Shown: positions 35,201-48,193 of the stretch, piece after piece
Layout of the letters: every line of letters begins with the position of its first letter
Position numbering within the stretch: the first letter of the stretch is position 1
Assembly: GCA_002269645.1 (NCBI GenBank)
Contig: NIVC01001007.1
Location: forward strand, 318,961 to 382,960
Direction: 5' to 3'
DNA length: 64,000 nt
Source: Macrostomum lignano
Taxonomy: Eukaryota
Notes under the pieces: generated by a model
The model's input: the letters and a program-made list of their open reading frames with translations, nothing else
Databases searched by the model: none
What the model was told of the DNA's origin: nothing
Translations under genes and position numbers: made by a program

Positions 35201-38200
35201 ATCGAGAACGAAGACGATTCGGTGTCGTCTGCCTCGGGTCACGGCGGCATTCGCCGATCGAAGCGTAAAGTTGATCTCAGATCGAAACTGCTGCAGTGGA
35301 ACATGTTTAGCGAGGAGCGGAAGCAGCAGCAAAGAGACCAGGCGGCGATGCCCGGCGGCGCCAAGCCGAAGGTCAGCATCATGGACAGTGACAAGAAGCG
35401 GCACGCACCAGTCGGCGTTGAAACCCAATTGAACAAACTGTGGCAGCAATCAACCGGCGGCAATAAGAAGAAAAAGAAGCGCCTACAGAAGCAGCCAATG
35501 TCGCCGCTAAGCTTGCCGTGGTCCAGCACTGCCGCTGCTGATGGTGGCGGAGATGCCAAAGAGTTCCCTGACAACAACAACTCGGCAACAGTTGACACCG
35601 GCATCAAGTCGGAGAATCAGCAAGCGGACAACAACGATCCGTCCACGGTGCCGAAATCGACATCGAGCGGCGCCGGCCGGCAGGAGCGGAAGCAGATTTT
35701 TGGCAGCGGCGTGACGCCCGCATTTCCACTGTCGCACAGCCTGACCAGGGAGCTGCAGGCGCTCACTAACGATCTGAGCTGCGACGTTGAAATTCAACGC
35801 TCAATGCCGTTCGACAAGTTCATTGTTAACGTTGTAGATTTGAGCCTGGGCGATTTAGAAACTTTGCAGGAACGTTTAGACGATTCGTCTTTTAAATTGC
35901 GCGCGGTGAAGCACAAACTGGTGAACAGTACAGGCCTGGTGTTCTGTGCCGTTCTTGTCCAGAGAAAGTCCAATGTTATTCGCAGCATTCGCAGGATGTT
36001 AGACAGCGCTGATAATTGGGAGAGCTCCAGCTCAAATGCTGAGGATGCCGAAGAGGAAACTGCCGAAGAGAAGGCCGCTATTGCTAATCTGTCTGCTTCT
36101 GTGTCTGCTAACGCTACTGCGACTGCCGCTTGCAGCAGCGCCGGCGTTGCCCAGTTCACCTCCGAGGAGGTCAAAGCTGCCATCAGCTATGTTCGAATCG
36201 AGAAAGCGGCGGCCGCTGCTGCCACCGGCGCCGCGTCAGCTAGTTCAACTGGAAGCGACGGCAACGCACCGGAAGCAGAAACGGAAGCCGCTGTTGCGAT
36301 GCTACAACAGCAGGAACAGCAACAGCCTCCGCCGCCGCCTCCGCCCCCGCCGCCGCCTCCGCCCCCGCCGCCGCCTCCTCAGCCGCGCCAACCGACAGCA
36401 TTTGAGCTGCTAAAGATGCAACGCCGTCAACAGCAGAGCCAGCATCAGAAGCATCAGCAGCCACATTCTCCATCGCTGTTGCCAACGCAGACTGTGCATC
36501 TACGTCACGGATCTGGTAGTCAGTCGGCTGTACCTGTCGGTGTACTCTCTGCTCAGCCGAATCAACAGGCCGCTGCTCCAGCACAACGGCATTGTCAGGT
36601 TCGACCAGCCTATCCTGGCATTGTGCTACGGCATCCTAGCGGGGCATCACTGAGCTCGCAGCCTTATCAACGGGTGCCTGTGGCCTCTCCTAATCTGACT
36701 CGGCTGGCTCCTGTTAGCTCGGGCAACTCCCTGTTCCGGTCCATCCTACCAATGCAGCAGCCGCAGCAGCCCCCGCAGTTGTCTACAGCGTCTTCTACAA
36801 CAGCAGCACCAGTTGCCACCGCAACCGCTGCGGCGTCAACTTCGACAACAATTCGAATGCCGGCACCGAATCGAGTGTTTAATGTACACGTCAGCGCGTC
36901 CAATCAGACCGAACAGCCGCGCCAAGGTCCTAAACGCAAATCTATGATTGTCTTACCGGAAGGCGACACTCTGTTTATCGAGGGCAATCATCCCAATCTT
37001 GAGTCGGTTATTAACAGCGTGCTGGAGTCTCGGCCGGCTTATCGTCAGTCCAGAGCCGACGCCGCTGCCACCGCTGTCGCCACCGCAACGACACCAGCTG
37101 TCTCGTTGGCCAGTTCGACAAGTTCGAGCCAGCTGGAGTCCCCAGTAGCACCTACGCATCAGGTCCATCAGGCGCCGTCGTCCGTCAGAATGGTGCAGCA
37201 GTTTCCCAAGACCACGGCTATTATTAAGAATAGTTTTAAAACTATGCAACAGCAACAGCAGCAATTGCTTCTTCAAGGTGTGGCTGCATCGTCTGCTACT
37301 ACTGCTACTCCAGCGTCTAGTAGTAGTTACACTGTCACTTCGGTTAAAATTCGCAATCCAAACTCACGACCGACTAGTGGCGACAATGTGTCCAGCGTAT
37401 TCGATAGCGCCTCAGTAGGTGCTCCATCTAGCAGCAGCGAACTGACTACTCAATCGGCTGTGTCTGCTCAACCGTTTCGTGTCAGCTTCAAAGAGTACAT
37501 GAATGTGAAGCTGAAGATGGAGCAGCAGCGGCAGGATGAATTGGAGCAGACACGCGGTCGACTGATTGATCACCTTGGACGGGCCGGCGCGGCGGCCGTT
37601 GCGGCTCCAACAGTCGCTAGCATCGCGGCACCTGGCAATACAGCAGTAGTAGCAGCAGATGCGGCCAATACCATTGTGTCTGCTTCAAGCGCTACAGCTG
37701 CTGCTACTGCTGCTGCTGCTGGCAACAAAAGAATCATGTTTCCCTATAGTGTGTCGGTGCCCAAATGGGCTACTAGAGGACAGCAGCAGCAACAGCAGGA
37801 AGTGTCAAATCAGGCATCTGCAACTCAGTCTCCTGTAGCTAACCATCCCGCAGTGGCTACTAGCAGTAGTGCTACCAGCATTAGTAGCAGTCCCGGTTCT
37901 GCGCCAACCTCCACTGCACCAATTGGTATTGTTCACGGTAAAGTGTCCGTTCTGCGAACTGCTGTCGCCTCCGCAGCAACTTCGGCTGGGACTGCTGCAA
38001 CTCCAACTGCATCGGTTGCTCCGCCAGTTCTAGTTCTGGCGGCTGCTCAGCGCACCACAGATCTGCAACGACAAGCGGCCGTGTTTCCCATGAGCTTGTT
38101 GAAGAAGAGTACAATTCTGCAGATGCCGCAGGGTGTCCTGTCGACTAATAGTAATACTACTACGGCTGCGGCTACTTCAAGTTCGACTTCGTCACCACCC

Positions 38201-38293
38201 GGTGGAGAAGCCGCCGCTAATACCGTTTCTGCTTCGACTGCTTCTTCGGGTGTTTCCGCTGTTAGTAGAAGCTCTTCATCGCCAACGAAATGA
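32215..38293 (+). CDS. Uncharacterised large low-complexity nuclear protein with AT-hook-like motifs, 3 exons, ~1595 aa
   Basis: Exons 32215-32942, 33780-33942, 34397-38293, phase-consistent GT-AG. Contains KRGRPP and VGRPP motifs, basic NLS-like tracts, and poly-Q/A/P/S. The exon 3 acceptor is inferred from phase. Confidence 0.75.
33200..33660. repeat. ~32-bp degenerate minisatellite (GGATATTGGGGATCAGGGACACACGGGATTAA) in intron 1 of the 32215 gene
   Basis: Visible periodicity. Confidence 0.85.
34060..34348. repeat. ~18-bp degenerate minisatellite (TTTTAGATAGACCCTCAG) in intron 2 of the 32215 gene
   Basis: Visible periodicity. Confidence 0.85.
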
Positions 38294-40184
38294 TGCTGCA
38301 TGAACACTGTAAGCTATTTTATAGTTTGACGCAAATAATGACCATACTGTTTTGCTTCAAAAAAGAGTTGCAAAAGTTAAGCAGACTTTGACAGGAACTT
38401 ATTAACAATTAATGAACGCAATTGTCACCTTTGGTATTATTTAATTCTGTGTAAGTAGTCCATTGCAAGTAGTTCAAAAAACTAGAATAATCATTTGTAT
38501 AACACAGTGAAAACACACATTTTACTGCAGCTGAATATACTACTGCATGCAGTACGTCAGTCAGCTTTCTCTATAACTTAGCATCTATGGTGGTTTTGCT
38601 TTTTGTTAATTTGCTTGTCTAATATAAATGCCATTATTTATTTTGTTAAAACAAAACTATAAATATTATTTTGTCAATTGGCGGTAAAGTATTATTATAG
38701 TAACAATTATTAATTAATAGTAGACTAGTTGTGCTTACTTCAATGTGTTTTGTTCTAAATTTCATAAATCTTGCCTCAAGTTGGGCTTTTCTTTATTTTT
38801 TATGGTCAAAATTGCTCTCTGGCTGGCAATAAATTTGTTGCTAATTAAATCACAATGAAAATCCCCATTAGTGAGTAGCTAGATACGCTTCGTGCAATCA
38901 TTTTATAAACTTATCAATAGTTTAAAACGCTGTTTCTTTCATTTCTAAATGCTACCCACTGTAAGTCAATATTTTTTCATTCATTTGTTTCTGTTTGTTT
39001 TAAAATAAAATGAAAATAATTCTGTATCGAACACTTCAAAAATATTATATTCGTGCTTGCTTGCTTACTTACTAGTAGTAGTATTTGTCTTGTCTAAATT
39101 TTGCATGTCATTAATTAACTTATTAACTTATATTATATATTGTTAAACAACACAATGCACTACTTGCGGTACAGTAATATCTGTGCTGCAGTGTTCAAAT
39201 GACTCGATTGTAATTTGGATTCTCCATCCCGCAAAATGCTTTTCAGTTTTGTCTGTCTGTTTTGCCTTGGTTAATTTCAGTGTTTCAGGGGCCAAGCACC
39301 ACAGCTCAGAGAGTGTGCGATTAGACAGTCAGGGCTGGGGTTGTGGAATGTCGCCCGAATTTTACAAACTCTTGCTTGAAATGCCCGAAATTGAAATCTC
39401 TGTTACTCCACCCACATAATGTACATGTATTCGTGTTGCATGTGCATGTGTCCCTCCAGTAAAAGCTATTACATGTAAGGGGATATGCCAATGCTTTTTG
39501 CCCCCTCCACCCCACGTTGTGAACCGTTGTTTCAGGGCGTCGCCTGCTAAGACAATTTATTGAGATTTGCTTCAGGCAACAGACCCCTCCAATTCTCCGA
39601 TTACGTCATATATTACCTCTCATAGAAGCAGATATATGTACAATTGAAACTGACTTTTTCGTTGCACATTATGTTATAGTATCATCCGATTCATACCCAA
39701 ACAAACCTCCACCTAAATTTGACACAATACCCCTGAATTGTTTAGGTGTAGGTATAGGTGCGTGTTATCAATGCAAAACTCGAGACTGAATTGGGGCTTC
39801 ATAAGAACCAAATTCCACAACACCAAAAATTACTGCATGTTCCTTGTTCTATTTAGTTTTCTATGATATGAAATTTGAAATAAATGTAATGTACATGTAG
39901 CTGTTTATAAATAGTCTGCATGTCGCGACTTATACAGTTCTCAGCGTTTGTAATTAATGTGCATCGTCCTTTCACGTGGCATTCATTCAGCGGCTTGCGT
40001 GCCTCTTCGCATTATTTGAGTGGCTTCCGTTGTATGCGATGCGTGTCAGGACAGTGAACTAGCCCAGTCCAAAAATTGTGTCTAATGTGTGTCCTGGATA
40101 CCCCGTCTTGCAGCCTACAAGGCAGTACAGTGTTGACGGTAATCCTGAATCTGTCACCGAACTTTCCGCTCAGTGATGTCGTGC

Positions 40185-40500
40185 TCCAAAGCAACGCCCT
40201 GTCGGACCAGTTGAAGACCCGACTGTTCCAGGCAAGCGGTGCTCCTCTACAACGCCGAGACATGGACCATAACGGAGGTCCTGGAGCGAAAACTGGACGC
40301 GGTGCACTCCAGCCTGCTACGCGCTACCTTCAACATCCACCGTGACGCCGAGCACGTCACCAACCAGGCCCTCTGTCAACGGGCCAAGCTGGGCCCTCCC
40401 AGCATGACCCTGCGACAGCGACGCCTGAAGCTGGCGGGTCGCGTCATCCGTGCCGCGTCAACTGCCCAGAACTCCTTCCGCGGGGCAGGCCCGGACCGGA
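40185..40500 (+). mobile_element. Decayed RTE-like non-LTR retrotransposon ORF2 C-terminal fragment
   Basis: SNALSDQLKTRLFQA / LLYNAETWTITEVLERKLDAVHSSLLRATFNIH...VTNQAL...RQRRLKLAG fits the post-RT LLYxxETW...VTN...RRL..GH pattern, with a frameshift. Confidence 0.75.
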
Positions 40501-41148
40501 GGTTCGTCGACTGTGTTGACGGAAGGTGCCAAGTCGCCTGATCAGGCCAACGGTGTTGCCTTTATTAGAGACTGTGCGACTAAGCCTGTTTTTTTGACAT
40601 TGTCCCCCCTTTTCCTGACCACTTTGTGGTCGGAGGACCTTGTATCTATTGTATGTATTGTCACCGAACTAGCTGCAGCCTCCAGCTTCATGCTTCCGGA
40701 AAAACTGTAGCTCAATGGAATTTAGCCTGATACATGTACTCAACAACACTGAAAAGTCGCCATGCATCACAGAAGATTCCGTCAGTGGTCGCCACTTTTG
40801 AGTGCAGGTAAAGTCTCTCAATCTTTGCGAGTGACGCAACTTGCAGCTACGCCGCGGAAGACTTGAGTTGAGGAATGAAGTGGGGCCAAGAGATATTGCT
40901 CACTGGCGCATCGAGTGGCGACTTTTCAATGTGGCTGAGTATACGTAGCTCGTACTTTAATCATGCTTACGGGCGTATCTATTGATAAAACTTATCCAGC
41001 CGATTGTCTGCCTTAGACTTAGAGTTCTCAGCCATAGACAATTGATGATATTAATACTCCCCAATCGAGAACTTAATAACGTGTATAAGCTGTCATTGCA
41101 CTGGCATTAAATAGGTTAGATTACATCAGACTGATTCACAAAAGAAGA

Positions 41149-44100
41149 ATGACCAGCAAAGGTCCGAAGCACCGCCAGAAGCAGCAGCAGCAACAGGACC
41201 GCGTACTCCGGGCCTCGTTCCTCATACCGGCCTATCAGAAAACTTTGCCTCAGGCATTGTTTAGCGACTTGCCAGACGATCATCGACTGCGTAAAATCGA
41301 GTCAACCTGCGGCTGCAAAATCAGCTGGGGCAAGCTGCCGGACAGGCTGGCCGAGAAGTACCGTCTGCTGCAGTTGGCATTCGATCAGCGCGAGAGGCGC
41401 GGAAACTATTTGGGCGCGTTGAACCTGCTGAGACTGTACTTTCTGGGACAGATGGCGATGATGCCGTTTCAGCAGACCCTGATTAGACCAGATGGGAAGC
41501 AGGTGAGAGAACTTTCTCGGAATTAAAAAAAATGGTAGTATCTGAAGAAGGCTGTGGGGGGGGCACCCTAGCGCAGCGCCTTTGACTCCATTGTCCCACG
41601 CAGACATGTATTAATATTGAAATCAAGTACATTACGAGCGTATAATCTTACTTTATAAAATGTCAACAAATTGTTCCCTAAATTAATAGTCCAGAAAATA
41701 CGCACACTCACACACAATCCTTCATTACAAAGACAAGCTCATTACCGGACACTGCCAAACCTTATTGACATTCGGTCCTACCTTTCCGACACACGGTCCT
41801 ACCTTACCGACACACGGTCTTACCTTACCGACACACGGTCCTACCTTTCCGACACACGGTCCTACCTTTCTGACACACGGTCTTACCTTACCGACACACG
41901 GTCCTACCTTTCCGACACACGGTCTTACCTTTCCGACACACGGTCCTACCTTTCCGACACACGGTCCTACCTTTCCGACACATGGTCCTACCTTACCGAC
42001 ACACGGTCCTACCTTTCCGACACACGGTCTTACCTTACCGACACACGGTCCTACCTTACCGACACACGGTCCTACCTTTCCGACACACGGTCCTACCTTA
42101 CCGACACACGGTCCTACCTTACCGACACACGGTCCTACCTTACCGACCCATGGTCCTACCTTACACACTTACCACTTCTATCAACCCCGTCTTCTGCCGC
42201 AGGTTACGCGAAAATTCCCAACCTCGGTTGACGACTGTCGCTTGTTGATGCCGCGTCGATTCGATCGATTCGGACGCGATGCAAACGGCATTGTTGCCAA
42301 TTTGGCGAAAGCTGCCGCAGCGGCGACGGCGGCGAGAGACTCGGAGTGTCGCCAGCTGGCCGAACAAGTCATCGACAGCTGCCTGCGCTGCTTGGCGATG
42401 CAGGCGGCTTTTGTCGAATCCGAGGCGGCTGCCAACGACGAGGCCACCGCGCGACGAGCCGAAGCGGCCGGTGTCTCGGCGGCCCACCTGGTCAGCGCCG
42501 TTGACACGCTGGCACATTGCGAGATCAGCCGCGCCTGCGTCTGCGCTCTTGTTGAAGCTGGCGAAGCCACTCGGCTGTTGGCCCGTCTGCACACGTCACT
42601 GCAGCCGGCAGCGCCGCCGCCCCTTCATCAATCGTCTGTTTCGCCGTCCCGTCGCCGTATCGACTTCAACTTGTCGACGCAGACTTCAAAATCGTCTAGC
42701 ACAGATGCTAAAAAGCGGCCGAGCACTAGAAAAGCCGAAGCGTCCGCTACGACCCGGTTTCGTCCTGGAAACAAGCAGCAGCTGCAGAAGCAACAGCAGC
42801 AGCAACAGCTGCAGCGTCAGAAGCAGCGAACGGTTACAGCAACAACTACAGCTCAACAGGCGAATAACCACCATAAGCCCTACGCAGACAGAGTAAAGCG
42901 CGCCCAGTGCCAGTCTCCGCCTCATCAGCCAGTTCAAGCTTCTAGTCCATACCAGAACCTGCAGCATCGCGCCCAGCTGCAGAAGCAGCAAGCTGCCCAA
43001 CACCTTGAGGAATCGTGCGACACCACCCTGGCCGACGTTGAGGCCATCACCTTTGCCGAGTCCGAGTACGTCAACGCGGCCACAGCCGGGGCCAAGAAGT
43101 CTCCCAACTCCGCAGTTGCTTCAACAAAGTTGCCAACAGCCTCGAAGGCCAGTTTGCCAGAGACTCTCCTGCTGTGCGGCCTGCAGCCGAGAGCCGCCCT
43201 GGCTCTGGCCGCGTTGGACCGCTCAGACAGACGTCTGAAAGCGATGGAGCAACGCACCGGCTGTCGGTTGGAACTTCGCGAGCGTCGGTGCAGCACAATG
43301 CCAGCGACTGAAACTGACACGCCCGTTGGCGACGTCACTCACCAAGTCAGCTATGCTCTGAAGGTGGTGCCGCTTCGATCGGACTCTAAGCCGCGCGGTT
43401 GCGCCAACATGCTTCGATCTCTGCTCCGACGCGTCGACCCGTCCGGTCGGTATTTTTTCTGCGTTGTCGGCGCCTCGGAGATGCCGATAGTGGCGGCTTC
43501 GTCAGCCAATTCCAGGAGACATCAGCAAAGTCGCACAGTGTCCAGGCAGCGATATCAGCAGTCAACTGCGACAGCGGTTCGGTCAAAATCGGCCTTCAGA
43601 ACGGAACTGGAGCAGACAGGTCGTCAAGCAACTCAACAGCAGCACCAGCAGTTTCAGAGGCGTCGCTGTCAGTCGCAGCCGCCGGTTCAGTGCCAATCAT
43701 CCGCAGTGATGCCGGCAGCGGTTGCCGCCTGCGCTCAAAGCCTGACGGATCGCTGCGCCACCGACTGCCTGCTTGGAATTGTGACGTCATATATGGCGGT
43801 TGTCTTCGACGAAGAGACGGCAATGACTAAAGAGTTTCAGCGCAGTCTGGAGCGCAGTCGCGATGCCGTTCTCTCGGACGCTTTGCTGTGCATATTTCAA
43901 AGTTTAACGGAAACAGAAGCCGACTCTCGTCTGATTGACGAGGCCATGGACGAAGCAAACGACGCTGATAGTTTTGACGATTGCGGCGAAGAGAACGAGG
44001 ATGATCTGTGCGCGTCTACAACCGGTTCGTTTGCTTACGTCCGATTGGCGATTCAGCGAACTTTGCTGGTTTGCGTCCAAGATCGACGGCTCGAGTGCGT

Positions 44101-44950
44101 GATGGGTGCCGTGGCGACCAGCCTGCCGACGCACGGCAAGAGCTGGCAACAGCAGCAGCAGCAAGACCCGTCGATGCAGTCGTCCTACTCGACGTCAACG
44201 CAGCGAGCTCGTCGACGACTGGCTCGACTAACGCAAACCTGCTGGGAGCGGCTGTGCGTCGAGGCGATGACTACATCGAGTGGTGGAGCTTCTTCCTTGC
44301 TTGGCGCGGTTGTCTTCGAGTCGGTGTGGGAGGTCGTCGAGTCCGAATTCGACGGGGAAAGGCAGAGACGGTTCCGGCACACGCAGCAGTTCTCCAGGTG
44401 ACGTGTTAATGAGGGTTCTTGTTGGTTGCTTTGTTAGCAGGGGGTCTTTAGGCGCTGAAAAAATTATGGCTGGTAAAATTGGGAGGGTCAAACCACGCCA
44501 CCCTCTTGTTTTTTATCATGGCGACATTTTTCAAGCTATTGGAGAGATTTGACGATTCAAATCTACTTTGAGAGTCTAAAAATGCCAGAGCACTTGACTG
44601 TTGTGTTGATTCCTTTTAGGCCCTATCCCTCTGGCTTGTCAGCGCTGCAGAGCAGCAGTACGAAGCATTCGCGACAGTTTGATCAGCACCAGCAGGATCA
44701 GGATCTTCAATATCAGACAACGCAACCGCTCAGACGCAGATTGATGTCGATTTCGCCGGGAACAACTGCAACAACTCGTCGGCCTCGTCGATCTTCGCTG
44801 AACATTCGCGAGCTGCAGCAGCAGCAGCGACAGAGGAATCTGGACAAGACGCTGCGTTCAATGACTGGGCGCCTCATTGCTGAGCAGGTCTGGAGGGCCT
44901 GCATGAAAGCGCAGCTGATGCAGCGGCTTCGGCTTCGCTCTTCTGCGTGA
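41149..44950 (+). CDS. Uncharacterised protein with two degenerate KH-like modules, 3 exons, ~959 aa
   Basis: Exons 41149-41502, 42203-44397, 44620-44950, phase-consistent; total 2880 nt. AATAAA at 45006. Repeated RLRKIESTCGCKISW / RLKAMEQRTGCRLEL segments. Confidence 0.75.
41772..42165. repeat. 21-bp minisatellite (ACACGGTCCTACCTTTCCGAC)n in intron 1 of the 41149 gene
   Basis: About 18 units ending about 35 bp before the acceptor. Confidence 0.93.
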
Positions 44951-45784
44951 CAAAGGACAACTCTTGAATCAAAGCGGATTTCCGTTTGGAGCGCAGCATT
45001 TCGGCAATAAAGTGCTGCTGTTAGTCTCTGCCTTCTGACCAAATCCCCAATAGGTTTTTTTGTGTTTATATTAGAACGAAGTATCGAGAGGGCGAGGTGT
45101 GAAGCGATTTCTTAGAAATAGTTTCTCCGTAGCTAGGTTTTTATTTAAATAGTTCTCCAAACGGTACTATTTTTAGTCTTTCAAAGTTCTTTTCAGGGCA
45201 ACGCATCGGTGTTGTAGCCCCGTTAAGTCGTTTTAAGACTATTTTGAGCTTTCTTTTTTAGAACTCTATAGCGTGGAATTTCTTGCGATTGTCATACAAT
45301 AGCCCAATAGGCTACACATTTTTCTTGTTCTTACGTCTTTTTTATAAGTTGAAAGTGCATTTGAATTTTTCAGTGTTTTCTTCTGTTTTCTTACGAACAA
45401 TACTATATTGAAGATTTTTTACACGGTAACAGCTTATCTATAAGGAAAACACGCACTAGCTTGTAAGTTTTGCAAAGAAATAAATAAATAAGTATATATT
45501 TGTTTAAACAAATACTGTAGAAAATCTACAAGGGTATTTTGGTGAATATATTTCTGGTCTTCGGTTGGCCCTTATGGCATTGAATCGCACTATAGTACGA
45601 TCCCCTATGGCTAATTTTCGTACACACAGGCCGCACGGAATTAACTAAACAGGCATGAGTAACAGCTGTATGAAACTGGATGGACATTTTTATCATTAGT
45701 AAAATTAGGGCATCAGTACAGAAATTCTATACACTCTTTGCAGTACGATAATATGCATATTAAAATTCTTATTTTTTCTGAAGC

Positions 45785-46045
45785 AATAATAATTAATTAC
45801 ACCTGCCTTAATGGCCAGATGTGCAACCGACAGCTCAGCCGCAGCTATTGCGCGGCGCATCTGAAGGCTGCGCACGGCTGTTCAGTCCAAGCACTGGGGG
45901 AGTCGCCACACACATCCTCAATTACCCCAGCTAATGCTGGCACCCATTTTACAGCTGGGTGAACCGAAGCAATGCAGAGTTTTAAGTGTCTCTTGCTTAA
46001 AGACACAAATTGTTCCAGAGGGATCGGGAATCGACCCCCCCCCCC
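45785..46045 (-). mobile_element. tRNA-derived SINE, copy 2 (5'-truncated, retains 3' tail)
   Basis: The reverse complement aligns with 410-575 (CACCCAGCTGTAAAATGG...CCAGCATTAGCTGGGG...TTGGACTGAACAGCCG) and continues to a TAATTAATTATTATT tail. Confidence 0.75.
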
Positions 46046-46440
46046 AACCCCCCCAAAAGACCAGGAAACAAATAAAATGCTTAGATATTGCATTTTTTAA
46101 AAAGGCGTAAGGCCAGACGTTTACGTTTAAATGTCTGTTTTGCACAGACCAATAGATAATGCTATATTTTTTTACTGGTCTGTGGTGCTGTGACTTAACT
46201 TGGAGTATTTGTCTGTGACCCCATGCAGAGTTTATTCATTCTGTGACTCATCCCACAGATGGGAGCAGATTTTGGTATATGGAATTCTCTCCAGACAAAA
46301 GCTATCTGCAGAGGCATAAAGAACAATGCCTACCATTATTCCTGTACAAAACAGAATAAGCTGCGTTACATAATTCCAGAATTATGTAATTGAATAATAA
46401 TTGAATCATATGAATCATTTTTCCTGAGGCCTAGATAAAA

Positions 46441-47313
46441 GAGGGGAGAGAGAAGAGGAGAGGAGAGGAGAGAGGAGAGAGGAGAGGAGAAGAGAGGAGA
46501 GACGGGAGAGAGGAGAGGAAGAAGAGAGAGGAGAGGAGAAAGGAGGAGAGGGGAGGAGAGGAGAGAGGAGAGGGGAGAGGAGAGGAGAAGAGAGGAGAGG
46601 AGAGGAGAGGAGAGGAGAGAGGAGAGGAGAGAGGAGAGGGGAAAGGGGAGAAGAGGAGAGAAGAGGAGAGAAGAGAAGAGAAGAGGAGAGGAAGAAGAGA
46701 GAGGAGAGGAGAGGAGAGGAGAGGAGAGGAGAGGGGAGAGGAGAGGGGAGAGGAGAGGAGAGGAGTGGAGAGGAGAGGAGAGGAGAGAGGAGAGGGGAGA
46801 GGAGAGGAGAGGAGAGAGGAGAGGGGAGAGGAGAGGAGAAGAGAGGAGAGACGGGAGAGAGGAGAGGAAGAAGAGAGAGGAGAGGAGAGGAGAGGAGAGG
46901 AGAGGAGAGGAGAGGAGAGGAGAGGAGAGGAGAGGAGAGGGAGAGGAGAGGAGAGGAGAGGAGAGGAGAGGAGAGGAGAGGAGAGGAGAGGGAGGAGAGG
47001 AGAGAGGAGAGGGAGAGGAGAGGAGAGGAGAGGAGAAGAGAGGAGAGGAGAGGAGAGGGAGGAGAGGAGAGAGGAGAGAGGAGAGGAGAGGAGAGGAGAG
47101 GAGAGGAGAGAGGAGAGGAGAGGGGAGAGGAGAGGAGAGGAGAGGAGAGGAGAGGAGAGGAGAGGAGAGGAGAGGAGAGGAGAGGAGAGGGGAGAGGAGA
47201 GGAGAGGAGAGGAGAGGAGAGGAGAGGAGAGGAGAGGAGAGGAGAGGAGAGGAGAGGAGAGAGGAGAGGAGAGGAGAGGAGAGGAGAGGAGAGGGGAAAG
47301 GGGAGAGAGGAGA
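46441..47313. repeat. Polypurine (GAGAG)n microsatellite, ~870 bp
   Basis: Essentially only G and A. Confidence 0.97.
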
Positions 47314-48193
47314 GCTGAGAAGCGAATAAACCCTGAGCGGGCTGGATCGCGACATCTGACAGAGTGTGAAAGATTTGCTGTGACTGAGGCACAAAAAATC
47401 ATCAATTATTTTCCCTGTCAAGTCAGCCCCACCTGTACAGATTGACGACAGCTGCATAGATCGAGTGTACATTCCATTGTACATTAAGTACGACCAACAC
47501 TAAAATCTTTGTATTTTTCGCAAGCTAGACAGTTTTTCTCTCTAACCTCGTCCCCCACCTCAGCAACAAATCTGCATCCCAAGGATTTGTAAAGACAGTG
47601 GATGTTGTTGCAATTCCAGCTTTTATGGATGAGAAAGAAAATTGTAAAATATTAAGCATTATTTTATTTTTTAAATCTTAGATGTAATTGGAATCCTGTA
47701 TGGCGCTGAGGGAACAACAAGTTACTGGGACGTTGAGAAGGCAGTCATGTCAAAATGCAATGCAATAGTTATACATGCATTATCACAATCCAACGCAATG
47801 CAATGTAATCAAATCACAAATCACTCAATAACTGGAGTAAATACAAATTTCAAATTTCATCATTTCAAACCAAATAGTTTAAGAAGGTATTCGCAACCTT
47901 AACTGAAGTTTATTTAAGTACTTAAAACACTAATTTAAAGCAGAAATATATCATAGCACGATTTATTTGTTTAAATATTCTATTACAGAACTTATAGCAA
48001 ATGTTTCATTGGACTTTGCACTATTGCCGCAAACATTAACAGCGATTTATAAAATTTTCGTATAATCACACTATATTTTCAAACGTTAAAGGAAAATTTG
48101 TTTTCTTAGAAAGGTGTCATTATAACAATAAAACTTTCTAAACGATGTCTCAGCAGATGATTCGTTTTTTGCAATCGATGTTCGATGTTGCAA

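Noticed and set aside
46366-47484. 300+ aa SSPLL and ERRGE ORFs
   Set aside because: Translations of the (GAGAG)n microsatellite.
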